From the NCBI RefSeq assembly GCF_001194135.2, contig NC_069000.1:22398549-22462548 (forward strand): a DNA stretch of 64,000 nt, in the 5' to 3' direction. Below are positions 38,157 through 52,170 of the stretch, piece by piece; the stretch's first letter is position 1, and every line of letters begins with the position of its first letter. The stretch is from Octopus bimaculoides (taxonomy: Eukaryota). The translations under genes and the position numbers were made by a program. The notes under the pieces were generated by a model that saw only the letters and a list, made by a program, of their open reading frames with translations, was not told the origin of the DNA and did no database searches.

Positions 38157-38679
38157 TAATCATCATCATCATCGTTTAACGTCCGCTTTCCATGCTGGTA
38201 TGGGTTGGACGGTTTGACTGAAGACTGGAGAGCCAGATGGCTGCACCAGGCTCCAATCTGATCTGGCAGAGTTTCTACAGTTGGATGCCCTTCCTAACAC
38301 CAACCATTCTGAGAGTGTAGTGGGTGCTTTTATGTGCCACCGGCACGAGGGCCAGTTAGGCGGTACTGGCAATGGCCACACTCAAATGGTGTTTTTCACG
38401 TGCCCCCAGCACAAGTGCCAGTAAGGTGATGATGGTAATGATCATGCTCGAATGGTGCTTTTTATGTGCCACTGGCACGGGAGCCAATCAGTGGCCCTGG
38501 CAACGATCATGCTTGGATGGTGCTTCTAATGTTCCACTCGTACGGTTGTCAGTCATGCTGTGCTGTCATCAGCCATGTCAGCGAATTTGATTTTGATTGT
38601 GATTTCACTTGCCTCAACAGGTCTTTGCAAGCAAAGGTTAGTGTCCAACGAAAGAAAGGTACTCATAAGCAGGCTGATT

Positions 38680-38912
38680 ACACCGCTGGTATAATAATAT
38701 TAACTTGGGGACAGTATCAAAGGCATCAAGAGGAATATAAAGAAAATCAGAATAGAGTGCCCAGTAGAACTGTTACTAAAGGTTTGCCTCCTTGGTACTG
38801 CCGGGATGATCAGATAAGTATTAGACAATTGAAAAAGAACAGACAGCATGGTACCGTAGGCTGCAAGGAGCAAGTCTGCTACATATGCAAGACTCCAGGA
38901 GTTCCAACAAAA
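38680..38912 (+). mobile_element. 3' end of the RLE-type element, same family as 5620-5920
   Basis: LGTVSK...RNIKKIRIECPVELLLKVCLLGTAGMIR. Shares the 3' UTR ggagttccaacaaaac. Confidence 0.75.
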
Positions 38913-39349
38913 CTTTAGAAAAAAAAAAAATTAATAATGATGATGTATTTTATTTGCTAGCCACAGTTGCTTAAGACAACAAAATACAAAAAGAAAACAA
39001 TGTAAAAAAAAACATTAAGGGGTTTTCATGGAATAAAGAGGGTGAAACCTACAAAACCATAAAGGCACATAAGTAAATCAGTAACAATCTATAGTAATAA
39101 CAATATTGAATAACAAAGTAACCAGAGAGGATCACCAAAATGGTGGTGGTGGTGATAGTGGTGAATGGGCTACCATGTAGGGCGATTTGGGGGCACCCTA
39201 GATGTAGCCCCTAAATTACTCTGATACCATGGAAAGTGTCTTTGCTCAGTTTTTGTGTAGTTAGAGTAAAACCTGTCAGCTTATACCCCTCTCACCCTTC
39301 CCCTTTTACCGAAGGGGAGCATTTCTCTCTTTCTTCCTTGATTTCTGTT

Positions 39350-39384
<35 letters not shown>

Positions 39385-39479
39385 ATTCATCCTCCCTTCT
39401 TCAAGTGGTACTTGAAGAAGTTGATGAGAGCTTATGATTCCTTCAACAAACAAGGGACATCCAAAAATTAATCTAATAT

Positions 39480-39918
39480 AATCTTCTTATCACCATCACC
39501 ACCATCACCACCATCACCACCATCACCATTACCACCACTACTACCACCACCACCGTCATCATCGTCATTGTTGTTGTCATCATCATCACTACCAATGTCG
39601 TTAGTAGCAGCTACAGTGGTGGTAACATCGTCGTCATCATCATCATCATCATCATCATCACCACCACCACCACCTCCATCATCATCATCATCGTCATCGT
39701 CATCACCATCATCATTGTCTTTGTCATCACTATTATCATCATTATCATCACCATCATCACAACTGTGACCTATGTTTCTAGATTGTTATTCTTGCTGTTA
39801 TTTAGTTTCTGATCCGACCCAGATTGACCAAATCTTAGGTAAATATGCAGAAAGGGCAAGGCTGGTTATCACCAGCTCTATTATGACTATCGTCATCGTC
39901 GTTGTCACTATCATCCTC

Positions 39919-39974
<56 letters not shown>

Positions 39975-40177
39975 TGTCACCATTTCATAATCTTTATTAT
40001 CATAGCTTTTGCAGCCATCATTGTCATCACAATTATTTTTATCAGTTATCATCACCACCATCAACCGCTATAAACACTATCATCACTATCATTGTCATCA
40101 TTGTCATCATCATCATCATCATTGTCATTACCATCGTCATCATCATCACTGTCGTCATCATCATTGTCACCATCACC

Positions 40178-40229
<52 letters not shown>

Positions 40230-40275
40230 CCATCATCATCATCACCATNNNNNNNNNNTCATCATCATCATCACC

Positions 40276-40366
<91 letters not shown>

Positions 40367-40397
40367 ACTTCATGATCAAAATCATGATCATGATGAT

Positions 40398-40485
<88 letters not shown>

Positions 40486-40620
40486 GTCATCAACATTAAC
40501 TTCATGATCAAAATCATGATCATGATGATAATCATCACCATCATCATTTTCATCATCGTCATTAACTTCATCATGATCATCATCATCAACATCAACATCA
40601 TCTCTATAGATAGATACTGT
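39480..40620. repeat. Long (CAT/CAC)n trinucleotide array
   Basis: Directly visible. Source of poly-H/S/I/D/M ORFs. Confidence 0.95.
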
Positions 40621-41189
40621 CACCAATGATATTATCTCTGCTCTCATCATCATTACCCTCATCATTACTATTCCATTGTCATCCCCTTTCTGTTTCTCTA
40701 ATCTTAATTGGCCTATATTTAAATAGAAATATTTAAAATATTCCCCCCCCCCCCAAGTCTGCTGTTGGGGGTGGAGTGAAAGTGTGGTAGGGAGTGGGTA
40801 GAGAAAATAAACAAATGAAACAAAACAAACTGTTATGCCCTTCACCTCCCCAATTAGAAATCTAAGCCATAAGTGTTCTGTTCAAGTTATCTTTGTTTTA
40901 CATCATCACCGTCATCATCAACATTATCATCATCACCATCATTTAATGCCCGCTTTAGACAGTTTGACTGGAATCGGTAAGCTGGAGAGCTGTACCAGGC
41001 TCCAGTCTGTTTTGGCTTGGTTTCTATGGCTGGATGCCCTTTCTAATGCCACCCACTCCGTAGAGTGGACTGGATGCTTTTTACATATCACCAGCACATT
41101 TGCCTTTGACCTGGTATGGGTGCTTTTATGTGTCACCAGCATGGGTACTTTTATGTGTCACTGGCAGCACTGGATTAAGCATTAAACAA

Positions 41190-41746
41190 AATAAGCATGT
41201 GCTTAGGGCATCATGTGAAGAAGTGGGGGCATGACAGAAATGGTAAATGGTTTAAAGTACAAAAGAAATCACTTTAAACTTTCAAAAATAATTTTTGGGA
41301 TGCCTTTATCTCTGCTATGTATGGCTGCAGATGTGTTACCTAAGATTAATTTTGAGGATCTGATCAAAGACTTTGCAATTCAAAAAAGTAGGAGGAAAGT
41401 TTTCAAATATAAATTCATCTATGTCAGCCCTCTAACAGTGCAGCAGCAGCAGCGAGGCTGCCCACTCCCATGCCATGCCCACCCTCACTGCTGACCGTGC
41501 CATTCTCATCCAGCCGGTGCCCGCCCAACAACCAGAGCGCTCGGCTGATGGTGCTGCAAGCTTTGCGGCTCCACGAAGTATACAAAAATAAGCATTATTT
41601 TCCCTCTTAATGTTTCGTTTTGTTTTGAAAAATAAAAATTTATTTTATGGTTTGTTATTGTTTATATTTTGAATTACATAATCTTTTATGGGGCCACCAA
41701 AATCTTTTAAGTGCTTAGGGTCTTGATGGGTCATAATCTGGCCATG
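41190..41746 (+). mobile_element. Non-autonomous hAT relic with dimerisation-domain C-terminus
   Basis: LSLLCMAADVLPKINFEDLIKDFAIQKSRRK. gtgcttaggg subterminal motif near both ends; 3' end taatctggccatg. Confidence 0.7.
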
Positions 41747-41934
41747 GTCACTGGTATGGTTGTCTGTTATGTATCACATGCATGGGTGCCTTAAATGTGT
41801 CACTGGCACAGGTGCCTTTTACATATTACAAGCACTGGCCATGACTAAGATTTCACTTGGCTTGACGTGTCTTCTCAAGCACAACAAATTGCCAAAGGTC
41901 TTGGTCACTTTTATTCTTTTATTCTTTAATTTGT

Positions 41935-42138
41935 TCTAGTCATTTGACTGTGGCCATGCTGGAGCACCACGTTTAGTGGAGCAAATCAGTCCCAGAACAT
42001 ATTCTTTGTAAGCCTAGTACTTATTCTATCGGCCTCTTTTACCGAACCGCTAAGTTACAGGGACGGAAACACACCAACATCGGTTGTCACGTGGGGTGGG
42101 ACAAACACAGACACACAAACATACACACATGCATATAC

Positions 42139-42188
<50 letters not shown>

Positions 42189-42590
42189 GATGGGCTTCTT
42201 TCAGTTTCCGTCTACCAAATCCACTCACAAGGCTTTGGTTGGCCTAAGGCCATAGTAGAAGACACTTGCCCAAGATGCCATGCAGTGGGACTGAACCCGG
42301 AACCTTGTGGTTGGGAAGCAAGCTTCTTCTTTCTTTATTGCCCACAAGGGGCTAAACATAGAAGGGACAAACCAGGACAGACAAAGGGATTATGTCGATT
42401 ACATCAAATCCAGTGTGTAACTGGTACTTAATTTATTGACCCCAAAAGGATGAAAGGCAAAGTCGACCTCGGCGGAATTTGAACTCAGAACGTAACGGCA
42501 GACGAAATACCGCTAAGCATTTCACCCAGCGTGCTAATGTTTCTGCCAGCTCACTGTCTTCTTACCACACAGCCACTCCTATGCCTACTT
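41935..42590 (-). mobile_element. SINE B with SINE C nested at 42329-42557
   Basis: CTTCTT duplicated at 42323-42328 and 42558-42563. The host SINE resumes exactly (gcttctt|accacacagcc). Confidence 0.85.
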
Positions 42591-43259
42591 GTCATCAATT
42601 TTGTACGACTTAACATCCAAAGCTTATACTTCACCTCATCCCAATAACCACTTATTAGGAATTAAGTCTAAATCCCATTGATCTCAACTTAACCTTTATC
42701 TCTCCTGACAAAATCAGTACCAGTAATATACTGAAGCTTAACCTTTTAACATTCAGATTACTTTGTTAAATGAAATGCTTATTTATTCACATCGTTTTCA
42801 AATAATCTTGCATCATCCCCATAGCTTTAAGACTTTGATGATATCTTTCAGTCATAAGACCATGGCAATGCTGGGGTACCACCTAGAAGAATTTTACTTG
42901 AATGAATTGACCCCTGTACATACTGTAAAATGGTTGGGATTAGGAAAGACATCCAACTGTAGAAACCATTCCAAAATCTGACACTAGAATTTGACACAGT
43001 CCTGTAGCTTGATAGATCCTGTTAAAACTGTCCAAACCATGCCAACATGGAAAATGTACAATGACAATGATGACGACAATGACGACAACAACGACGACAA
43101 CAATGATGACAATGATGACAACAATGAAGACAACAACAACGTCAATGATGGTGACAATGACGACAAGAATGACAACAATGATGATGACGACAATGATGAT
43201 GACGACAGTAATTTGCAAAATTTTCTTTGTAGTCTAACAGTGGATATTTTATAACAGTT

Positions 43260-45060
43260 TTCCACTTGCAATAAGAATCCTGCCATCTTGTATTTGTTTT
43301 TAATCATTCTATGTCAGATTTTGGGTGATCTATTTTAATAGTCATATTTCTCTTACTTTTCTGTCTAATTTTATTAGTTTGTCTGGCATCTAACTGAGAA
43401 TATCATAACTGTAATTTATTACTGGGAGAGCTGAAGTATTGGTACATATTACCTTATTTTAGCATTAAAATTTTTTTTTAATTCTAATTTAATGCTTCTA
43501 TAATACTGTTCCTTAATCTTTCCTCTCATTTATATTTATTACACATTATCTTGTCCATTGATTCTTAAATATATCTAAGTCTGTGTTTAACCCTTTCGTT
43601 ACTGTATTTATTTTGAGGTGCTCTGTGTTTCTTTCAATTACTTTAAATATAACAAAGAATTTAGTAAAATAACTTAGTTATCATTCAGCTAGTATTAGGA
43701 ACTTAAATTGTGATTAAGGTTTGGTGGAAGATTTTAAATCAGAACTTATGAAAACGAAATATTTGTACTCAGAGCCAGAGTCGGTTTGGTAATGAAAGGG
43801 TTAAGCCAGTTCTCTAATCTCATTTCTTTTGTTAAGCATGATAAGGTTTTCTTAATATTTCTCTCTTCAAGGTTACCTTGATGCATTTTTCTACTTCAAA
43901 TCTTATGTTAGTATTTTCTGGTAAATCCATATACTATCTGCAGTAGCTTTTCTAGTTGTTTAACATTTTCAGCAGACAAGTTGAGGTTATCAGCATGCAA
44001 AAGATTTGCTGATTGACTTACTTATACCTTTAGTATCCCAATTCACACTAGTTAATTTATCAGTTAAAGTTGTCAGTACCAGAGTAAAAAAAAAAGAAGT
44101 CTTCTTGGAATATTCTTTTCTAATAAGAATGGATTTCATTTTCATAATTCCTACTTTTGTGTGTATCATGTTTTAAATTTCCTCTTATTATTGGTGTTAC
44201 CTTACTCATAGCTAGTGTTTACAAGGTTCACATCTGGAGAATACAGTCAAAAGCCTTCTGATAGTCAATCGATACCATGCTCAGACTCTTTTCGTTCCTT
44301 CTGTAATTAGCCACAACTATGATTTCACTTGACCCATGAAACCAAGTGAAATCATAGTCATGGCTGATGTTGGTGTCATGTAACTGGCATCCATGCTGGT
44401 GGCACGTAAAAAGCACCCTTTGAACATTGGGCCTCACAGAGGTAATGATAAGTGACCGAGACCTTTGGCGATATGCCATACTTGAGAAAACCCATCAAGA
44501 CAAGTATCATGTAACTTGCACCTGTGCTGGTGGTACATAAAAAGCATCCATTACACACTTGAAGAGGTTGGTGTTAGGAAGGGCATCAAACCATAGAAAC
44601 CATACCAAATCAGATTGGAACCTGTGGTAGCCCTCCAGTTTACCAGTTTCAGTCAAACTGTCCAACTCATGCCAACATGAAAGCAGATGTTAAATGATGA
44701 TGATGATAATTGAAATTTACAGCCATATAAGCCTTTGCAACAACCTTCCTGCTCTTCTGGTAACAGTTTGTTTTCCCAAGGTATTTACTTAGTCATTGTA
44801 ATATCATTGCAGTTGTTCAGGTTCTGTGAAGATAAATTATGAATCTGTAGTTTTAGAATTTACTGTTCCTTCCAGTCTTAGATATCAAAATAGTTTTCCC
44901 ATCAGAGTACATGTTAGATTAGCTTTCAAGCTCTGTTAGTATCTCATGAAACTTTTCTGCAGGCACATTATGTTATCCTAGAAGAATATTTCAGCCTGAT
45001 GGTTCAAATCTTATCATATCCTTTTTACATAAGCTTTCACCTGTTTCCCCACTGTTCTTG
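43260..45060 (-). mobile_element. Long decayed RLE-type RT region, interrupted by MITE G (43587-43804) and a family D copy (44290-44705)
   Basis: Colinear pieces: GKTILISK..NYR..LPEEQEGCCKGLYGCK; LSMVSIDYQKAFD; HADNLNLSAENVKQLEKLLQIV; NTSALPVINYS..LDRKVR..HPKSDIE. Confidence 0.8.
43587..43804. mobile_element. Complete piggyBac-type MITE (family G)
   Basis: TTAA-CCCTTTCGTTAC ... GTAATGAAAGGG-TTAA: 12-bp TIR with one mismatch, flanked by TTAA. Confidence 0.85.
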
Positions 45061-46269
45061 ACCCTGGGCTGCTTTCCTTTGGGGGCAAGACCTCCCTCTC
45101 CCTAGTTTTGTTGATTTGCCATACTAAACATATCTATCTATGACAATATCCACATCACAGAAAGGCAAAAAACGTGGCATGAGTGGGGCATGTGAAAATG
45201 TAGTTAGAATTGTCTGAGTGAATGGACCTGCTCTAAGCATGTACCTATAGGCTGAAAAGTTCAGAGGATAAGGGAAGTACTTGCCACGGTACTCTTGGTA
45301 ATCAGGGTGGCTCAGGATCTGTGAGGTGTTGGCCTCCCCGGTGTGGTGTGTTTCCTTTATTGGGAATATTGTTGTTTATGTGAATTTCCCACGGTCCTTT
45401 GTCTTTGTGCTGTCCTAAGCTTTTGCAGCCAAAGTAGCCCACACCAGACGAAATACATTTCGTCTGTCTTTATGTTCTGAGTTCAAATTCCACTGAGGTC
45501 GACTTTGCCTTTCATCCTTTCAGGGGTTGATAAAATAAGTACCAGTTGATGTAATTGATTTGTGTTCTGCTAAAATTTGGAACTGACGTCTTTATTATCA
45601 TCATCATCATCACCATCATTGTCATTGTTATCATCATTATTATCATTATCATCAGTATAATTAGTGCCCTCCTCCTCCTCCTCCTCCTCCTCATCATCAT
45701 CATCGTCATCATCATCATCATCATTGTCATCATCGTCTTCATCGTCATCATCATCATCATCAATAACACAATCATGTTCATCATTGTCATCATCATCATC
45801 ATCATCATCATTATCATCATCATCATCATTATTATCATCAACATCATCTTCACTGCTTATATTTCTTTTTGTTATAGACATTATTGCTTGGTCAATAACT
45901 CCACCTCCATCAATCCCACCCCGTGATCAGTCTCGCTCTCTCTCTCTCCCCACGCACCCCTCCATATAGTTCACAGAATAAATCACTCCTCCACCCATTT
46001 AACTGACTTCTTCAGTATCCCATCACCATGCAAATGCACACAACCATCTTTATCTTCTGCTCCACAAGACAGGAGACAGATTAGATATAAATGTAAATGA
46101 AATGACTTCCATTAACAACAACAACAACAGCAGCAGCAACAACAACAACAACAACAACGGCAACTATCAGTAACAATCAGCAAGAATAACAGCTACAACA
46201 ACAGCAACTGCAACAACATCAACTTTTACAAACATCAATAACACACACAACTGCCACCATACTCCTTTC

Positions 46270-46351
<82 letters not shown>

Positions 46352-46356
46352 TAATG

Positions 46357-46389
<33 letters not shown>

Positions 46390-46514
46390 TCACCACCACT
46401 GCCGTCGTTCATTTCTGTCCATTCTCTCACTACAAGAATTTTATTGCCGGGTTTTGATTAGTTCCTTAATGAATTGTGTTAGCAATAATGTAAGTGGAAG
46501 TGGATACACAGACA

Positions 46515-46592
<78 letters not shown>

Positions 46593-47024
46593 NNNNNNNN
46601 NNNNNNNNNNNNNNNNNNNNNNNNNNNNNNNNNNNNNNNNNNNNNNNNNNNNNNNNNNNNNNNNNNNNNNNNNNNNNNNNNNNNNNNNNNNNNNNNNNNN
46701 NNNNNNNNNNNNNNNNNNNNNNNNNNNNNNNNNNNNNNNNNNNNNNNNNNNNNNNNNNNNNNNNNNNNNNNNNNNNNNNNNNNNNNNNNNNNNNNNNNNN
46801 NNNNNNNNNNNNNNNNNNNNNNNNNNNNNNNNNNNNNNNNNNNNNNNNNNNNNNNNNNNNNNNNNNNNNNNNNNNNNNNNNNNNNNNNNNNNNNNNNNNN
46901 NNNNNNNNNNNNNNNNNNNNNNNNNNNNNNNNNNNNNNNNNNNNNNNNNNNNNNNNNNNNNNNNNNNNNNNNNNNNNNNNNNNNNNNNNNNNNNNNNNNN
47001 NNNNNNNNNNNNNNNNNNNNNNNN

Positions 47025-47062
<38 letters not shown>

Positions 47063-48172
47063 CTATGTATGTATACATGTATATATCTTTCTACACACAT
47101 GTGCTTATATGTATTAGTGACTCAGATCTCTACCTCTACCCCTATCTTTTCCCACTTTGGATTAGCATCTGTATGTAGCCTCTTGGAAGTAATGGATTTG
47201 TTTTACAATTATTATTGGAATGTATAAACTGAAAGAAAGATAGAGAGGGGGAATTGGGCAGAAGGGAGAGGAGAGAGTAGGAGGAAGAGAGAGAGAGAGA
47301 AGAGAGTTTATATGGAAGAGAGTGAGATTAGGTTAAGAGTGCAGTGTGTCAGGGTGTGGTATGAGTTGCAAAACAACAACAAAACATTAAATGTAATGTT
47401 TGTCCATATCTCCCCCCTCTCCAAGACTTTGTCACTCATTTACCTTTATCATATCACCCACTCCTGCCCTAAACACCCACAACTCCAAACAGACAATGTC
47501 CCAATAAAATCATTTTAAAATGGGGATTGGGTAGGCCTGAGTAGAATAAATGAATAAATATATAAATAAATAAATAACAAGTAGATAAACAGGATTTGTT
47601 TCATCTAGACATAAAAGTTTTTTTTTTCATTTTATTTATTATTTATACAGAAATATAATGTTTATTTCGAAACATATGTAGTGCCCATGGGGAATTAATT
47701 TCGGAGGGTTAAAAGCTAAGTTCTTTTGCAACATGATGCTGGTATTAAAACTATGATTTTAGAATGATCAAAGAAACTTCTCTCTACCTGAGCCAACAAA
47801 GAAACCTCTTAATAAGTCACTCAACTTACAAGAAACAGCAGTTAAAGTACCTTTAAATCATGCTCTGAGGCTTTCAGAAAGAATGATATATTGCATAATG
47901 TTGTCCCAGATATATTATCTTTTATCTTTTAAGTTTTATCATGTATTTGTTTCAGTCATTGGACTGTATCCATGCTGGAGCACCATCTTGAAGGGTTTTA
48001 TAGAACAAATTGATCCCAGGAATTATTTTACAGTCTGATATTTATTCTTTTGGTCTCTTTTGCCTAATCTCTAAGTTTTGGGGACATAAACAAACCAACA
48101 GTGTTTGTCAAATAATGGATAGGTAGGATAAACACAAACACAAAGACACACGCATACCCACATACACTTGTG

Positions 48173-48234
<62 letters not shown>

Positions 48235-48294
48235 CACACACATAAAATGGGCCTCCATCCAGTCTCTATCTACCAGATTCACTCATAAATAAGT

Positions 48295-48770
48295 GCAGGG
48301 GTGGCTGTGTAATAAGAAGCTTGCTTCCCAATCACAAGGTTCTGGGTTCAGTCCCACTATGCGGCACCTTGGACAAGTGTCTTCTATTATAGCCTCAGGC
48401 CGACCAAAGCCTTGTGAGGGAATTTGGTAAATGGAAACTGAAAGAAACCTGTCATATATATGTGTGTGTGTGTGTATTTATGTGAGTGTGTCTGTGTGTG
48501 TGTGTGTGTATTTATGTGAGTGTGTCTGTGTTTGTCCCCTCTCATCATCGCTTTACAACTGATGCTGGTGTGTTTATGTCCCTGTAACTTAGCAGTTTGG
48601 CAAAAAAAGGACCAATAGAATAAGTACTAAACTTACAAAGAATAAGTCCTGGCGTTGATTTCTTCAACTATAACGCCTTTAGGTGGTGCTCCAGCATGGC
48701 CACAGTCAAATGACTGAAACAAGTCAAATGACTGAAACAAGTCAAATGACTGAAACAAGTAAAGGAGTAA
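48295..48770 (+). mobile_element. SINE family B, full length
   Basis: Full head-to-tail consensus with a triplicated 18-mer in the tail. Confidence 0.9.
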
Positions 48771-49110
48771 AACAATAAGGCATTAGTTGCCCAGGGCTAT
48801 CAGGGTTATAGTTAAAGACATTTGCCCAAAGTGCCACTCAGTGGGACTGAACTTGAAAGCATGTGATTGCAAAGCAAGATTCTTAATCTCACAGCCATTC
48901 CTACAAATGTATTACCTCTAGATAAAAAAACAAACAACTTTTTTTTGTTGCTTAAGGTCATAGATAGTGTCTATGATCTTGTTTAGGTTTGTAGAAGGGA
49001 GGGGAGAACATACTCTCAAACTAGAGACCTGATCTGAATGGTTGTTATAACTTTTGGATTCTCTTAAAGATATCTAAGAACCTAGTAGTGGCATTAAACC
49101 TGATAATGGA

Positions 49111-49324
49111 TTAACCTTTTAGACAAATCCAGCCCAAATATACCTGCTCTTTATTCAAACCGGCCAGACCAAGCCTTTTACATCTACCCTACAATGTCAT
49201 TCAACAAGGAAACAGTCACATCATCAAAATCTCAAAGCTGTGAGATAATACATGATTAATTCAAAACCATGCAAATAAATTAGCATAGCATTTGACACGA
49301 GTCATCTCAATACTAAAGGGTTCA
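49111..49324 (+). mobile_element. MITE family F
   Basis: TTAA-ccttttag ... ctaaaggg-TTCA. Confidence 0.75.
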
Positions 49325-51068
49325 TTCCAATTAGGCTATGAGAGGATTTGAATTCAGAATGTAAAGCACCAAAACAAATACTGCAAGGCATTTTCTTTAA
49401 GACTTTAATGATTCTGCCACTCAGTACCAGTGTTATCCAAGGGAAAGGCAAAGGCTGATACAGCTTGGCTTCAGGGACATTGCAACTCATTTCTACAGCT
49501 GAGTGAACTGGAGCAATGTGAAATCAAGTGTCTTGCTTAAGAATACAGCACACAACCTGGTCCAGGAATTGAACTCACTACCTCATAACTGTGAGCTCAG
49601 TGCTCTAACCATTGAGCCATGCACCTTCATATTATATGTATATATGTATGTATACATAATGATAGTATTTTGGTAAGAATAATACAATATAGAGATCTGT
49701 GTGAAGAATTTGTGTGAGAAATGTATAAGAGCTTAATACAGCTACATAAAACAATTCTTCATATTTATATCTTGTGTATAGATGTGTGTATACACATGTA
49801 TGTGTGTGTGTGTGCATGCAAACATGAGCACAACGGATATGTGTGTGCATAGTGATACAAGTATACATGTCCATACAAACCTTTAGGTATTCACAGATAT
49901 CTATATATGTATACACATACTCATAAAGTATATGCTAACAAAAAATTATTTTCATGCAGAGCGTTTTCAGAAGAATGTATGAACAAAAAACACGCACATA
50001 TGAATATATAACTACATATGTATCAGTAAGTTACTTATACATGGATATATACACATCATATATACATAATAAAACAGCACCATATATATGAATACAAACA
50101 AAATATTGGTGAATTAATGTGAAAACTTAACAAATAGATAATGAACATACTGATTATTCAGGAATATAAAAATATAGGTTCATAAGCTACATGAAAAGGA
50201 ATACTTACATATCCATACATGTACTTACTTGCATAAATATACCTACCTACCTACCTACCTNNNNNNNNNNNNNNNNNNNNNNNNNNNNNNNNNNNNNNNN
50301 NNNNNNNNNNNNNNNNNNNNNNNNNNNNNNNNNNNNNNNNNNNNNNNNNNNNNNNNNNNNNNNNNNNNNNNNNNNNNNNNNNNNNNNNNNNNNNNNNNNN
50401 NNNNNNNNNNNNNNNNNNNNNNNNNNNNNNNNNNNNNNNNNNNNNNNNNNNNNNNNNNNNNNNNNNNNNNNNNNNNNNNNNNNNNNNNNNNNNNNNNNNN
50501 NNNNNNNNNNNNNNNNNNNNNNNNNNNNNNNNNNNNNNNNNNNNNNNNNNNNNNNNNNNNNNNNNNNNNNNNNNNNNNNNNNNNNNNNNNNNNNNNNNNN
50601 NNNNNNNNNNNNNNNNNNNNNNNNNNNNNNNNNNNNNNNNNNNNNNNNNNNNNNNNNNNNNNNNNNNNNNNNNNNNNNNNNNNNNNNNNNNNNNNNNNNN
50701 NNNNNNNNNNNNNNNNNNNNNNNNNNNNNNNNNNNNNNNNNNNNNNNNNNNNNNNNNNNNNNNNNNNNNNNNNNNNNNNNNNNNNNNNNNNNNNNNNNNN
50801 NNNNNNNNNNNNNNNNNNNNNNNNNNNNNNNNNNNNNNNNNNNNNNNNNNNNNNNNNNNNNNNNNNNNNNNNNNNNNNNNNNNNNNNNNNNNNNNNNNNN
50901 NNNNNNNNNNNNNNNNNNNNNNNNNNNNNNNNNNNNNNNNNNNNNNNNNNNNNNNNNNNNNNNNNNNNNNNNNNNNNNNNNNNNNNNNNNNNATACAAAA
51001 TAGAAAGTGAAGTGGAGGAACTTCGTATCTTATCTAAATTAACTATTGCTTAACCATCTTCTCACACC

Positions 51069-51116
51069 GTCTCCAATGAAGGGATATAATAAATATCCTG
51101 GAAACAGCTGTAAGAC
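51069..51116 (+). ncRNA. Hammerhead-fold motif with mutated core
   Basis: GTCT-CCAATGA-A-GGGATAT(aataa)ATATCCT-G-GAAAC-AGCT-GT-A-AGAC. Confidence 0.55.
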
Positions 51117-51368
51117 CTTCTATTTATAAATGTTCTAAAATCTACACAGCCTTGTTTTTTTTTATCTCATTATGAAAAGTAAATCCCTGGATACACATAC
51201 TGATATATGACCTATGTTGGACCCCTTATTCGCATAATCACCGAACCTGGAGCTTAACAATGGTTTGTCCATAGCACTTACTCAACATTACCTGACACCT
51301 TTGGGTCTCATTTACACCACTACCGCTCATAACCTCCTATATGTATATATATATATATNNNNNNNNNN

Positions 51369-51406
<38 letters not shown>

Positions 51407-52087
51407 TATTGTTCAAATTTACAGAAAACAAAAGAGGAAGACAGGTGAGGGAACAACAAGCAGGTGTATTAGTCTGATGCTTGGGAATGGAAAAATGTTG
51501 GACATTTTGAGCCTATACTCTTCAACAGAAAGGATTGAGAAGGAAAAAATGGAGACAGAATGAAAAAAAAAAAAATGGAAAGAGAAAAAAAAATGTGTAG
51601 GGATTAATGGTTCAACATGATGAAATGGATGGAATAACCATGTATAGATGCATACATACTTTCTTTCACCTGAGGATGTAGCTTAAATTCTGCATTATAT
51701 TGAAATATTTTTTGTCATTTCATTAATGCAGGCATGTAAGTAATTTTTAATTATAATAATATAAATTATTTACATGTTTTTAAGTTATGAAACAATTTTT
51801 TGTGATATTAGAATTTTCTATCAAACTAACTCTTTGTCATTTATGACTTTATATATACATATAGAATCACACAGCACAGAGATCAGTTTGGCAATCAGTA
51901 CTGACGAATGCGAGAAAGTTCTCCAGAAAAGTTAACTAGGAATCTTTAAAAATCTCCCCACCAAAGTTAACAAAGAACTTACTAGATCTACAAACCAAAC
52001 TGTAAAATTATATTATTTAAAAATTAAATTGATTAGAACTAGCAGTGAAGTCATTATTTTCCTTTTCAAATATATATATAATATATA

Positions 52088-52170
52088 TACAGTAATCCCT
52101 CGACTATTGTGGGTGTTATGTTTCAAATCACCCCGTGATAGATGAATATCTGCAAAGTAGAAACAGTACT
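52088..52170 (+). mobile_element. pogo/Tigger-like terminal fragment
   Basis: TA-CAGTAATCCCTCGACTA start, typical of pogo-family TIRs. Confidence 0.55.
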
